Shown here piece by piece: positions 12,701-23,555 of a stretch of DNA of 64,000 nucleotides (the stretch's first letter is position 1; every line of letters begins with the position of its first letter). Source of the stretch: Podarcis muralis (taxonomy: Eukaryota); NCBI RefSeq assembly GCF_964188315.1, contig NC_135656.1:31310001-31374000 (forward strand), given 5' to 3'. A program made the translations under genes and the position numbers. Under the pieces are notes generated by a model. That model was given only the letters and a program-made list of their open reading frames with translations, searched no databases and was not told the origin of the DNA.

Positions 12701-13965
12701 CTCTGGGGAAGACAGAGGTGTTGGGCTCCAAATAACATTTCCTCATTCCCATCAGTATTTATTACTGCTTTTTTTGCTGCAGTCTGGTACAGCCAACCTT
12801 CTCCAACCTGGCATCCTCCCATATAATTATAAATTCAGCTCCCCATCATTCCCAGAAGGCAGAGCTGATGGTCAGGGATTGTGGAAATTGCAATCCAGCA
12901 GCATTTTGATGGGGAAGGATTGCAGCAGCAGCAACAAAGCAATCAAGAAGGGTTCATAATTGCCATTCAAATGTGATAGCATATATTGCAAGTCTAAATA
13001 GTAACATATTTTGTCATTCAAATGTGATAGCATATATTGAAAGTCTAAATAGTAACATATTTTGTTAAATCTGCAGTTTTGTAAGCAGTTTACAAGAAAT
13101 TATCAATAGAACAGATAAAACATATCTTTAAAGATTTTTTTTAAAAAAACAGTTAAAAAGATTAAAACACGTCACCATTTTACAAAAATGATTTAAGCAA
13201 GCACCAAAAAGAGCACAGCAAAGGTGCCAGTCTGGTATCAATAGGCAGGGAGTTTCAAAGCGTTGTTGCTACCGTGTTATAAGATGGATTTCTCAGAACT
13301 GTAGAAAGAGTATTATGTGGCAGCTACAACAGTGTCAGAGTAGTTGAGTGGGCATATAAAGTAAGACAACCCTGCACGTAAACTGGTCCCAAGCCCTTAT
13401 GGTTTATTATGACATGTGAACACTAATAATATCTGTTTTAAGGTCTGCAATCTAATGCGTATTTATCTGGGAGTAAGCGCCATGGAACATGATGAGACTT
13501 ACTTAACTCAGGCAGTGTCAGAATCTCTCTCTCTCTCTCTCTCTCTCTTTTTGCCAGATGGTCAACAATCTGGTATCAGAAAGAGTTCAAATAACTTTAA
13601 GTAATGGGGGAAAAAATCATGAAGGGTCTTGCTTGGAGGACTTGATTTAAAGAAAGTATTTCTAACACAAGCAATCTTGATTGACGGTATCTTCTCCCTT
13701 CTTCGCAGCATGTCACATTCCTTTGGGGAGAGCTACCGTGTGGACAGTGCATCAGGGGACCTGGCAATCAAAGTCTTCTGTGCCTGGGACTACAAGGTGA
13801 TCCAGAAACGCTCCGTCCGACTTCAGAGTGAAAACATCTGCACTCACCTGAAGGCAAGTACTGAATGTGCCAATTCAGGCTGTGAAAATGCAACAATCTT
13901 GGTGGGTAAACCGGTGTCCCTGGGAAGGCTGAGTGATGGGACACTTGAGATTCCATGCAGCAGGA

Positions 13966-14020
<55 letters not shown>

Positions 14021-17000
14021 TGTACTCCACTCATCTGACTGGGTTGCCGCAGCCACTCTGCGTAGCTAGAAATGAGAAGGTAACAAGGCATTTTGTACGA
14101 CACTGAATATAAATAGTGCAGCGATATCTATGCCATGATTTTCATACCTCTCCAAACTGTATAAACTTTTCCTGAGAGATGATGCCACATGGAAGATGGG
14201 GTTTGCTTGCTTTCTGCTGCTCAGAGGGTAGGACCCAAACCAATGGCTTCAAGTTACAAGAAAGGAGATTCCAATCAAACGTTAGGAAGAACTTTCTGAC
14301 AGTAAGAGCTGTTCAGCAGTGGAATTGACTCCCATTGGAGGTTTTTCAGCAGAGTTAGGATGGCCATTTGCCAGGGATCATTTAGCTGTGATTCCTGCAT
14401 TGCCGGGCGGTGGACTAGATCAGTGTTTCCCAAACTTTTTTGGGCAACGGCACACCTGTTTACTGAAAAAAAATCTCACGGCACACCACCATTAAAGCCC
14501 CGCCCCGTGACGTCAGCGCGCAGCGTCACGCCGGGAGGGACGCACGAAAGTGAAAGTTTTTTCCCTCCCCCTTGCCGGGGAACCTCCAAGCTTTGGGGGT
14601 GGGAGGAGGCAGCAGAGCGAGGGACTGAGGGACGGCGGCAACTGAGGCGGCGGCGGCTGTTGTGGTGGTGGCGGCGATAGCGGGCGGAGGAGGGGGCGGC
14701 GGCGGGGCTTGAGGAGCCGTCGCCGGGAGTTGCTGCTGCTGTTGTTGCTGCTGCTGCCCGGACATGCCGGCCTCCTCCTCCTCCGCTGTCTCGCGCTCCT
14801 CCCTTTTGCACGCGCTGCCCCGCCGCTCGGCACCACCACCGCGGAGCCGCCCCCGGCTCGACGCGGATCCTCGCCGCCGCCGCCTCTCACCGCCCGACTC
14901 GCCCGCCTCCCTCCCACGGCACACCAGCCAATGTCTGACGGCACAGTAGTGTGCCGCGGAACACCGGTTGGGAAACACTGGACTAGATTACCCTTGGGGG
15001 TCCCTTCCAACTCTACAATCCTATGATGACAACAAGTCTGATCTGCTCTTTTGTACAGATAACCTCCCCATATTACAGAGCAGATTACAGTCACACTCTT
15101 TGATTCCTTTGAACTCCCAGGTGCCTCTCCCACAGATTTAGTGCTGGCTCCTTTTGCATTGGGTATATTGCCTACCCCTAAGAAATGCAGATTGGCCACG
15201 CAACTAGGAAGTCATGTTGCAGCCCCTGTCCTCATGTATCACTCAGGTGGTTGTTTTTCTTCTTTTCCTTTATCAGGAGTGTCTGGCTGAGCGGCGATCC
15301 AGGTCTCGCTCATTAAACCTGTGCAAGAGACTGCAGCGGCTGGCAATCCTACTGATAGCCTGGACTCTGTCTCTGGGCATTGTTCTGGGGTGTGTCCTAG
15401 GAGTTCACTACTTCTCTATATACATTTACCAGGTGAGATGGCTGCTCCATTGCCATCCAAGGGCCTGCTGTGTTCTTGGCAGCAAGCATTATCTCTGATT
15501 TTCTGGGTCTGTGGCAGGGACTCCTTAGTCTCTTTGGGGAAAGAGGCCATCACTGGGCTCACATGAGGCCTGCCTTCCCCAGCTTTGGGTCCCCAGATGT
15601 TCTTGGACTACAATCCCCATCATCCCCTGCTGGCCTGGGGTGATGGGAGTTGTAGTACAACAATGCCAGCTTTCTACTTGTTTCTTCCATGAAAGGTGGC
15701 CACTTTTCACTGTAATAAACAGGCAGATGTAGATTATTATCTCCTGCAATTTCCCAGCCTGAAAGTTGCGATTTCAGTGATAGTCATAAAGGAGGCGCTG
15801 CGATGCTTATATCCCATTCCTAGAATCTAGAGCTCTGTTTGCATTAAATGTGGGGAGTTAATAAGAATTGAACAGGTAACCCACGGTGCACCACTTCCGC
15901 AGGTTCATCATGAGAAGCTCTTGACAAGCAACTACATGCGCAAAGAAGCCCTGCTCCTGGCCCTGCCTCTGTTGGTGTCTCTGATTAACTTGCTCATCCC
16001 CTACATATACAACCTCCTGGCTGCCTGGGAGAAACAGGAATCTCCCGTCCTAGAGGTGTATGTCGCCATCTGCAGGTAACACAGAGCCTAGCAGCTGAAA
16101 CAGAGGAGCATGTTGCTTCCTCTGCATTTTGTGTCCAGGTATTGGCATTGGTCCTCCATGCCTGAATGTGCTGGTGATAGCTTTTCCCCTCCTTCTTTAC
16201 TCCTGCCAGCAGAAGGACTAAGTGGATCACACTTAAAGCACATGGGTTCCGCCAAAGAATCCTGGGAACCCTAGTGTACCCCTTACAGAGCTACAATTCC
16301 CAGCACCCATTTAAACAAATTCATCTCCCAGGAATCTTGGGGGGGAGGGGGAGCCACGTGCTGGATGTGACCAGATTCTCCAGGTAACATTCTGGCAAGT
16401 GGAGGTGGAGTGGCTGGGTTTAGTCGATCTAACTTGGAAACAATTTTCTTCCTCAGAATATTGTTTCTTAGGAAATTCCTTTCCTCTTTTTCTTTCTTTT
16501 TGTTTTTGTCTTCAGGAACTTAATTCTGAAGATGGTCATCTTAGGGTTGCTGTGTTATCACTGGCTGAGCAGGAAAGAGACGACTTCGGAAATGGAGGTC
16601 AGTGTGAATTTGTGGCAAGTGAAGCTGCTGCTGGGACGTTTCCAGCAACTGCTGGTCTTCTGTGGTTTTCATAGAATCGTAGAGTTGGAATAGACCACAA
16701 GGGCCATCGAGTCCAACCCCCTGCCAAGCAGGAAACACCATCAGAGCACTCCTGACATATGGTTGTCAAGCCTCTGCTTAAAGACCTCCAAAGAAGGAGA
16801 CTCCACCACACTCCTTGGCAGCAAATTCCACTGTCGAACAGCTCTTACTGTCAGGAAGTTCTTCCTAATGTTTAGGTGGAATCTTCTTTCTTGTAGTTTG
16901 GATCCATTGCTCCGTGTCCGCTTCTCTGGAGCAGCAGAAAACAACCTTTCTCCCTCCTCTATATGACATCCTTTTATATATTTGAACATGGCTATCATAT

Positions 17001-18041
17001 CACCCCTTAACCTCCTCTTCTCCAGGCTAAACATGCCTGTTTTATCATACTGAACCAAGCCAGGCACAAAAAAGTGGCTTGGTGTACTTGGAACAAAGAG
17101 ACATCCCCCCTGCCCCCTGCTCCGATGGTCCATAATTTCCAGCAAATAGCTCATGGGGAAAGGTCTTTGCAGCCAGAAACCTTTTCCGGTGCTTTGAATA
17201 ACCTTTTAAACCTTATTTATGCCGAACATTAGTTTCTTAAATCCGTTCATTGGACATGCTAAAACTGGAACAATGCAAAGGATCTTGCGGAACAGGAGGA
17301 GAGTTGACCGGCTGCAGCAAAGGCAGGCTGGCATTGCTGTCCCTTGTTTTAACCTGCAGCAAATAGAGCCCTGCCCCTTCAAAAGCAAGAGGCAAAATGT
17401 CATCTTTTTGCTGGCACGTTGCACATAGCAGGGATGGACTCAACTTCTGTTGCTAGGGATGTCTGAAGCAACAGCAGACAGAAGAACCTGACTGGCCAAG
17501 AGCTCCAGAAAGATAAACACCTCTCCATTTTGCCCATTTTTCCACAGTGCTGGGAGAACTTTGTGGGGCAAGAGCTCTACCGCTTGGTGGTGATGGATTT
17601 CATTTTCTGTCTCTTGGACACCTTCTTCGCAGAGCTGATGTGGAGGTAATTATCAGGCCAATCCCTTTTCCAAATGCCAAAACTTACTCTGGCAAAGCTC
17701 TGCTTTGCAGTTCGGACTGACTGGGGTAGAATCTAGACACATAAAAAAATGCTTTTTAAAAAAGCGTTTTGAAAAATATATTGAATTCGCCATAAGCTCA
17801 CCAGCACCACCTAGTGTCACATTTGTATAATGCACTTATAACATTGTATCTGCAGCTGTATAGCTGTGTCCTGGGTTGAATCCAGTGAAGTCATTGCATA
17901 AATAGAACTACTTCAATGGGCACAATGGAACATCTCCTTCCCCTACACCCCACAGAATCTGCTCCAGAGGGTTGGGGAATCGTCAGAGTAGATATGAGCA
18001 GAAGTTGTCCCTCTTGTGCAATGACTTCATGGGATACAACC

Positions 18042-18079
<38 letters not shown>

Positions 18080-21000
18080 ACTACTCAGGGTTATTTTGGA
18101 GAAGAAGCTACAGAGTAAGCGGAGGCCTGAGTTTGACATTGCTCGAAATGTTCTGGAGCTCATTTATGGACAAACCTTGACCTGGTGAGAGATGCCCGCT
18201 TCCATTTTTTTGCTGGGTCACTCCTTTTCCATTTCCATATTCATGTTATAGTCTTACGTTCTGCTCATCCTGCAGATAAAAGCACCAAACTGTTTTTGAA
18301 GGCGGCAGAGGATCTTTAGATCACATGCATTTTATTTAAATCATCTACACCCTGTGTCATGTGAGGTGCTCAGGGTGGCTTTTAGTGCAATGACATATGT
18401 TAACAGAGGAAGCTGCCTTGTACTGAATTAGGCCACTGAACCACCTACTTGATATTGTCTACACTGACTGGCAGGGGCTCTCTAAGGTTTTCACAGCCTT
18501 ACCTGAAAAAGGCTGGGACTTATGCATGCAAAGCATCTTGTTCTACCTTCGAGCTGCAGGTTCTGCAAATAGCAATCCTATTAAAACAAATATCAAGACC
18601 AGCAGTAAATTAAACAATCCTAATTAACCACTTTGAAGCAGGAAAGCTTTAAATTTCCTTTAAATCTCCGCTGCCACAGTCTTTCAGGTACTGCTGCACA
18701 TCTGCACCTTGTTGTTGGTTGTTTATTTGCAGTATTTTTGCCCTATTTTATATCATTCAAACTTTTAAAATAGGATTGCCACACCACAAAAACATGCAAT
18801 GGGGTGGAGCCTCTAGGTCAAGCACAGCTCCTTATCATGGACCCCTTTGCAGCCCATCCATCTCCACCTTCAATCTTTCTGTGCATTCATTTCTTTCAGA
18901 CTCTGCTAAAGAATTCCACCTCCTTTAAAAGCCTGAAACTAGATTGAATAATGTAAAATACTTCACAGGATTCTGGTTGCATAATTTGAGATTCTGGTGC
19001 AAAAATGTGCAGGGGTTTACAAGCTCAGCTTAAGTAAACTACTGATCTCTCCTTTTTGTCCCCCCGCCCAGGCTGGGAGTCTTCTTTGCCCCACTCCTCC
19101 CTGTTGTCCAAATCTTCAAGTTGCTGCTCCTGTTCTATATTAAGAAGGTAATTTATCTGCCCATCTCCAATGGGCACTAATGCACTTTCCACTGCACTGA
19201 GGCGACATGCATTAGCAGAGGGTTGGCTTATGGAAGTTTTGTGGACAGAGAAATTGGGGTGGAGTCAAGCTAGCAAATCACACTGAGTGGACTTGCCTCC
19301 CAGACTGCCTTCGCTCCGTCCCGAAGACAATTAAAGGAAATGGAAACCTAAGAGAGGTCCTTGACCAGCGGGAAGTAACCTAGATTGTACTTTTATCAGT
19401 CATGAGAAGCTGAGAGTCAAATGCATGTGTATATAAGTGTATTATATTATAATCCCCACCCCCACCCCCATTTTTAAATGAAAAATATCCTTAGGAGGTG
19501 CAATAGCCTTGCAATTCTGAGCAGAAAAGCAGTGGGAGAGAAGGGGTGCTTATTGCTTTTCCCATTGGCCATTTCCCCGCTGGGTTGCTTTTCTTTCTGC
19601 AAGATTCTAGACTCACGTTGCCCTTTAAAGTGCTTGCTGTGGTCAGTCTTCTTCAGTATACAGTGGTACCTTGGGTTACAGACACTTCAGGTTACAGACG
19701 CTTCAGGTTACAGACTCCGCTAACCCAGAAATAGTACCTCGGGTTAAGAACTTTGCTTCAGGATGAGAACAGAAATCGCGCAGCAGCAGTGCGGCAGCAG
19801 CGGGAGGCCCCATTAGCTAAAGTGGTGCTTCAGGTTAAGAACAGTTTCAGGTTAAGAACTGACCTCCAGAATGGATTAAGTTCTTAACCTGAGGTACCAC
19901 TGTATGGCTGAGTCCCACTCAGAAGTTGCTGTTGTTAGGAGAGTGAATAAGCTAGTTTAAACTGTGTCTTTTTTCCACCCTCATAGACCAGCTTGATGAG
20001 AAATTGCCAGTCTCCCAGTAAACCCTGGCGTGCATCTCACATGAGCACCATTTTCATCACCTTGCTGTGCTTCCCTTCTTTCCTGGGTGCCTCCATATTC
20101 CTCTCCTACACCATCTGGGCGTGAGTAGATTTTCTGTTCAGTTGTAACTGACTGCAGTCACATTCCTCGTGTTAGAGGAATGCTATGACTGCTGGATCTT
20201 TTGCCACTCTTCTGTTAATTCCAGTTCTCTCAGCCATGATATCTGATATCAAAACATCCTGCCCGTTTGGGCTTCTTGGTCCCATTCTACTGCAAAGCTG
20301 TCCCCATGCCTACCTGAAAGGCACCTTGTTACTAGTCTACACTGCTCCCTCGCTCATAAAAGCTCATCTTCCACCTAGTGCTAGTGCAGCCACACTAGCC
20401 TACCTTCAAGGCATTAAAGTCTGAAAGACTTCTCTGATGCTGGTGAGCATGCTGTCATCGTGGCCTCTGATGTGCTGCTTTTTTTAAACATAAAATTTAT
20501 TGCTATTCCTTTGAAGAATGTGTCAGAAGTCTTGCATTTGGCATCCTGCTCACAGGACATACTATAAACCACTCTTTCCATATGGGGTCGGGGGTCAAAC
20601 ATAATTAAGGATTTTTGCTTTCATTTTGGCAGACATGCGCACCTGTTTTGATACTGCTAATTATGGTATGGTACATAATAGATAACATATTAAAAACTTG
20701 TCTTTGTGCAAATTGGCATATAAGAGAAATGCAGGCAGCTCCCCATTTATGTGGGGGTTACGTTCTGAGGCGCTGCACGCTTAAGTGAAATCGTGAATTT
20801 TGGGAACACTATTGAAAAGTCTGCAAAGACCCTCCAAACCTCCATGCTCAAACTCTCCATAGGCCGCAGAGGTCAGTTCAAGTGTTTCTGGGATCGCAAT
20901 TGCCAAGGCTCGTGCTAGATTCTGTTCTTGCGCCATGTTTGCTGTTTTTGCCCCTTTTCAGGCCACTTCTGGGTTTGCTGTAATGCGTGCATGTGCGGTG

Positions 21001-23555
21001 GTGGGTGCCTTGAATGTGCATAAATGGGGAGTTGCTTGTAGTTGAAAAGGGGCCTCTAGCTACTGCAGGCAGCTGAATATTCAGACATTTACACAATCAG
21101 TTATTAGTTAAACCCATGTGGGGCCTGCAGTAAAAGGTTGCAGAGTGGAGTACTCCTGTTCAGTCAGCCATGGTCTTCTGCATGATATTCCGTTCCATTC
21201 CATTCCCCTCCCACCCATTTTTCTCTTGTTTTCTTTAACTCAGACAGTCAGTCAGCATTCCATGGCTGCTGAGCACACTCGGTTCTTATTTGGCTATCTT
21301 TTGTTTTGGTTTCTAAAGGTTGTTTTGTTTTTGCATTTCTGCAAACCTTTAGGTTTTCTCAAGCCTGCTGGTATCTCCCTCTTGTGGTGTCATTTTGGCC
21401 AAATAATCAGTGACACTCACCTTTGAACTTACATTTTTACAATGGCTTTGTAAATTATTGAAAAATGCTGTATAAATGTTGTAAAAACAAAATGATTAGG
21501 TGTGTAGCTTTTGTATGCCAAGTAGAGCAACAGTCTTTTGAATAGCTCTTTGTCCATCCAGAGTTAAACCATCTAAGATATGTGGACCCTTCCGAGACCA
21601 CGAGACCATCTATGAGTCTGGGAAGACCTGGGTTCTGAAGCTGGAGAAATCCAACCCAAACCTCACCTGGTTTACCTGGATCCACCAGCACCTGATCCAA
21701 AATAGCTTCTTCCTTTTTTTGATTGCTGGAATTTTGCTGTAAGTTGGAAAGACTCTATTATTTATCTAAGCTTAGAAATCCATAGATGGTTTCTCCCTTC
21801 CCAACCCAAAAAAATCAAAGTGGTTTGGTGAATACCGTACAGGGTTTACTGGGAATGGCATATACCTCAACCTGTGATATAATTGGAAGGAAGGCTGATT
21901 GTGTGCCCTGTACTCAGCATAGTTCAGCTTCAGTAGCATCAGCCAGTGCTCAGAGCTGTTCTCTTCTATAAAAGGTTGATGGCTTCCACTGTGGGACACC
22001 TCCCCTTATCAAGCTGGGGTACCTCATAAGCTAGCACTAATGCAACTTACTAAATCTGTAAATATAACCTGCATATTTCAAGCTCTTCTTTAGCACTTGA
22101 TGCCATATGCTGTTCCAACGCCACCACAATTTCCTATTTGGTGGCTTTCATTTGTTGCTGGATTCCCATTTCCAACATCTGTGGCAACTTGCCCCCTGGC
22201 TGGGGCTGATGGAAGTTGCACAACATTTGAAGGGGCACCACATTAGTTACCCCTGTGTTACGTAATCCTATTAAGATGCAATCTAGAGAAGGAAATTTGG
22301 GGTGTTTCTGTGTCCAGCTAACCATACCTATGTACATCTCAAAGCTGTCAAACATACTCATGGGAAGGAGTGTCTTAGATGCGCCAACACCCAGGATTTC
22401 TGACTGCCCAATGGATCACGAGGGTTGAGTGCCCTCCCTCTTCTCTGTATGAGGGCAGACCATGATGGATCAGTTCTGTCACCAATCTGTTCCACATCCC
22501 TGGTGTGCATATTACTCTTCTGTGCATTTCTCGCTTAACATCTCTGTGTGCTCATTCTGTCCTGCGCCTTTGTGATTTTGCAGAGCTGTGATCTACCTCA
22601 ACTTCCAAGTGGTGAAAGGTCAGCGGAAAATCATTACCCTGCTGAAGGAGCAGATTGCCAATGTGAGTGGAGTCTGCTTTATCCTGTGCAGTTCCAAGAC
22701 CTGAAAGTGCTGCTAATTCCTGCTTTATCAGAGAATACGAGCACCATGCTGAGTGGGGCCTTAAGAACTGGGCCCTTAGTTCTTGGAATTTATTGGAACC
22801 AAAGCAAATGGGCTGCAGTCTGTTTCTTTCCCTGAATGAATGAATGGAGAATTATTTCCCCTGTGGTGAAAAGCAGTGCAATAGAAGCATACTTGGTTTC
22901 TCAGCTTCCATTGAAAGATATTTCTGAAGACGGCTGTGTATATGTGTGTGCTCACGCAAAGTGCTTGTATACAAAATTCTACAGATGCATCTTCCACATT
23001 AGGTTCCTGCTGTGAACAGTCCCTTTGTCTGCATGAATCATGCTAGTCATAATGGCAGGACACTTCACTAATAATAAATAGATTAAACTTGCAGTAGACC
23101 CCTACAGCAGTTAGGAAAACGCAATGGGCATTACAAACTTTTATTATCTGCCTGAAATGCTTCTTGGGAGATGGCAGAATAGATTTTAAGCCCTCCAGGA
23201 ATGGCAAACAGGCCCATGCTGCTGAAAATGTCAGTCTCCTGTTGCCCCCCTTCAAGCTTCTTCCTGTTCAGGAAATTTCACAGTAATCTCATCCACCTTC
23301 AGTCCCAGAACGTCCATTCTTACTAATTGCAAGCAATCCCAGCTGCCATGGAAAGGCAAATGGAAACGTTTCTTTAGCTGGATGAAATGAGCACAGATCG
23401 CATTTGTTTCAACCTTTTATATAGATTCCTAACATCACTAGCATTTGTTCAAGAAAGCCACTTTCCTGCAACTCACCTTAATGTCTCTAACGTTCCAGGA
23501 AGGGGAAGACAAGATGTTTCTCATTCAGAAGCTTCATACTATATATGGGAAATGA
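3456..23555 (+). CDS. TMC6: Transmembrane channel-like protein 6 (EVER1), about 798 aa, 19 coding exons
   Basis: Phase-consistent exons: 3456-3511, 5492-5616, 7860-7991, 8148-8306, 9003-9108, 9507-9600, 11955-12209, 12289-12485, 13709-13853 (GC donor), 15277-15432, 15903-16075, 16516-16597, 17548-17645, 18089-18184, 19072-19147, 19987-20120, 21562-21738, 22584-22662, 23499-23555 (TGA); total 2397 nt. Peptides match TMC6 as recalled: [126 protein letters not shown]. Confidence 0.95.
4995..5070. mobile_element. Truncated end of the CAGTGGTACC MITE family
   Basis: GGTTAAGAACAGTTTCAGGTTAAGAAC...GGTACCACTG, nearly identical to the end of 19661-19902. Confidence 0.7.
5355..5455 (+). mobile_element. 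CR1 3' tail fragment
   Basis: TTCCTGCATTGCAAGGGGGTGGACTAGATGGCCCTCGGGATCCCTTCCAACTCTAC...GATTCTATGA. Confidence 0.75.
6357..6643. mobile_element. Tc1/mariner-like MITE with GC-rich interior
   Basis: TA TSD; TIRs CCGTAGATTGCGGCATATTAGGCAAC / GTCGTCTTATACGCCGGAATCTACGG. Confidence 0.75.
7251..7285. repeat. (CA)n microsatellite
   Basis: Direct reading. Confidence 0.95.
8405..8545 (-). mobile_element. L2 3' tail fragment; related copies at about 9240-9385 (+), 12645-12710 and 13965-14070
   Basis: (TAA/ATT)n followed by CCCACCCATCTGGCTGGG..CCCCAGCCACTCTGGG, same as the tail of the L2 at 58500-58960. Confidence 0.7.
10439..10645. mobile_element. CAGTGGTACC MITE (internally deleted) containing a 5'-truncated Sauria SINE (10457-10530)
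   Basis: TA TSD and TIRs. The SINE 3' end GAGATGGGCGCACAACCCCAGAGTC...GGGGTACCTTTACCTTTTACC is flanked by the 12-bp repeat TACCTCGGGTTA. Confidence 0.8.
10880..11070 (+). mobile_element. Decayed Squam1/MIR-like SINE; similar copies at about 5990-6160 (-) and 41540-41740 (+)
   Basis: GGCTTCAAATTCCCACTCAGACATGAAGCT...GGTGACTTTGGGCCAGT...CTACCTCACAGGATTGTTG core. Confidence 0.6.
12964..13065. repeat. 51-bp tandem duplication (2 copies, 1 mismatch)
   Basis: CATTCAAATGTGATAGCATATATTG(C/A)AAGTCTAAATAGTAACATATTTTGT twice. Confidence 0.95.
13966..14019. repeat. (ATT)n microsatellite (L2 tail)
   Basis: Direct reading. Confidence 0.9.
14150..15030 (+). mobile_element. CR1 3' fragment interrupted by a hAT element
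   Basis: CCAATGGCTTCAAGTTACAAGAAAGGAGATTCC...GGAAGAACTTTCTGACAGTAAGAGCTGTT; the tail resumes at 14981 with GACTAGATTACCCTTGGGGGTCCCTTCCAACTCTAC. Confidence 0.85.
14421..14980. mobile_element. Non-autonomous hAT element, 560 bp, with CpG-rich cargo
   Basis: Perfect 13-bp TIR CAGTGTTTCCCAA/TTGGGAAACACTG; 8-bp TSD GACTAGAT at 14413-14420 and 14981-14988; repeated subterminal CGGCACA motifs. Confidence 0.92.
16670..17036 (-). mobile_element. CR1 LINE 3' end (ORF2 C-terminus intact)
   Basis: [21 protein letters not shown]...[32 protein letters not shown] followed by a GATTCTATGA tail. Confidence 0.92.
18044..18075. repeat. (CT)n microsatellite within a TMC6 acceptor region
   Basis: Direct reading; ends about 13 nt before the AG at 18087-18088. 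Confidence 0.95.
19661..19902. mobile_element. Full-length CAGTGGTACC Tc1/mariner-like MITE
   Basis: TA TSD; TIRs CAGTGGTACCT../..AGGTACCACTG. Confidence 0.9.
20732..21038. mobile_element. Older Tigger-like MITE
   Basis: Imperfect TIRs CAGGCAGCTCCCCATTTATG / CATAAATGGGGAGTTGCTTG. Confidence 0.65.
23108..23382 (+). pseudogene. Diverged duplicate of the TMC6 terminal exon within the last coding intron
   Basis: Colinear similarity to 24925-25190, beginning at the same CAG|CAGT acceptor. Shared blocks include ATGGGCA, AACTTTT, GCCTGAAATGCT, GTCTCCT, CCTTCAAGCTTCT, AATCTCATCCA and AGCTGGA. Confidence 0.6.

Noticed and set aside
14360-15199. Long overlapping ORFs (up to 228 aa) as a real gene
   Set aside because: They arise from stop-poor GC-rich cargo within TIRs and a TSD; treated as transposon cargo.
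19485-19492. ATATCCTT as a U12 donor (also GTATCCTTT near 29165)
   Set aside because: Neither lies at an exon boundary; the flanking exons splice by GT-AG.
23415-23470. Minus-strand TATA (CTATATAAAAGG) with a GGAAAGTGG motif as an interferon-like promoter
   Set aside because: The following ATGs give only 8-9-codon ORFs, and there is no interferon-like coding sequence.
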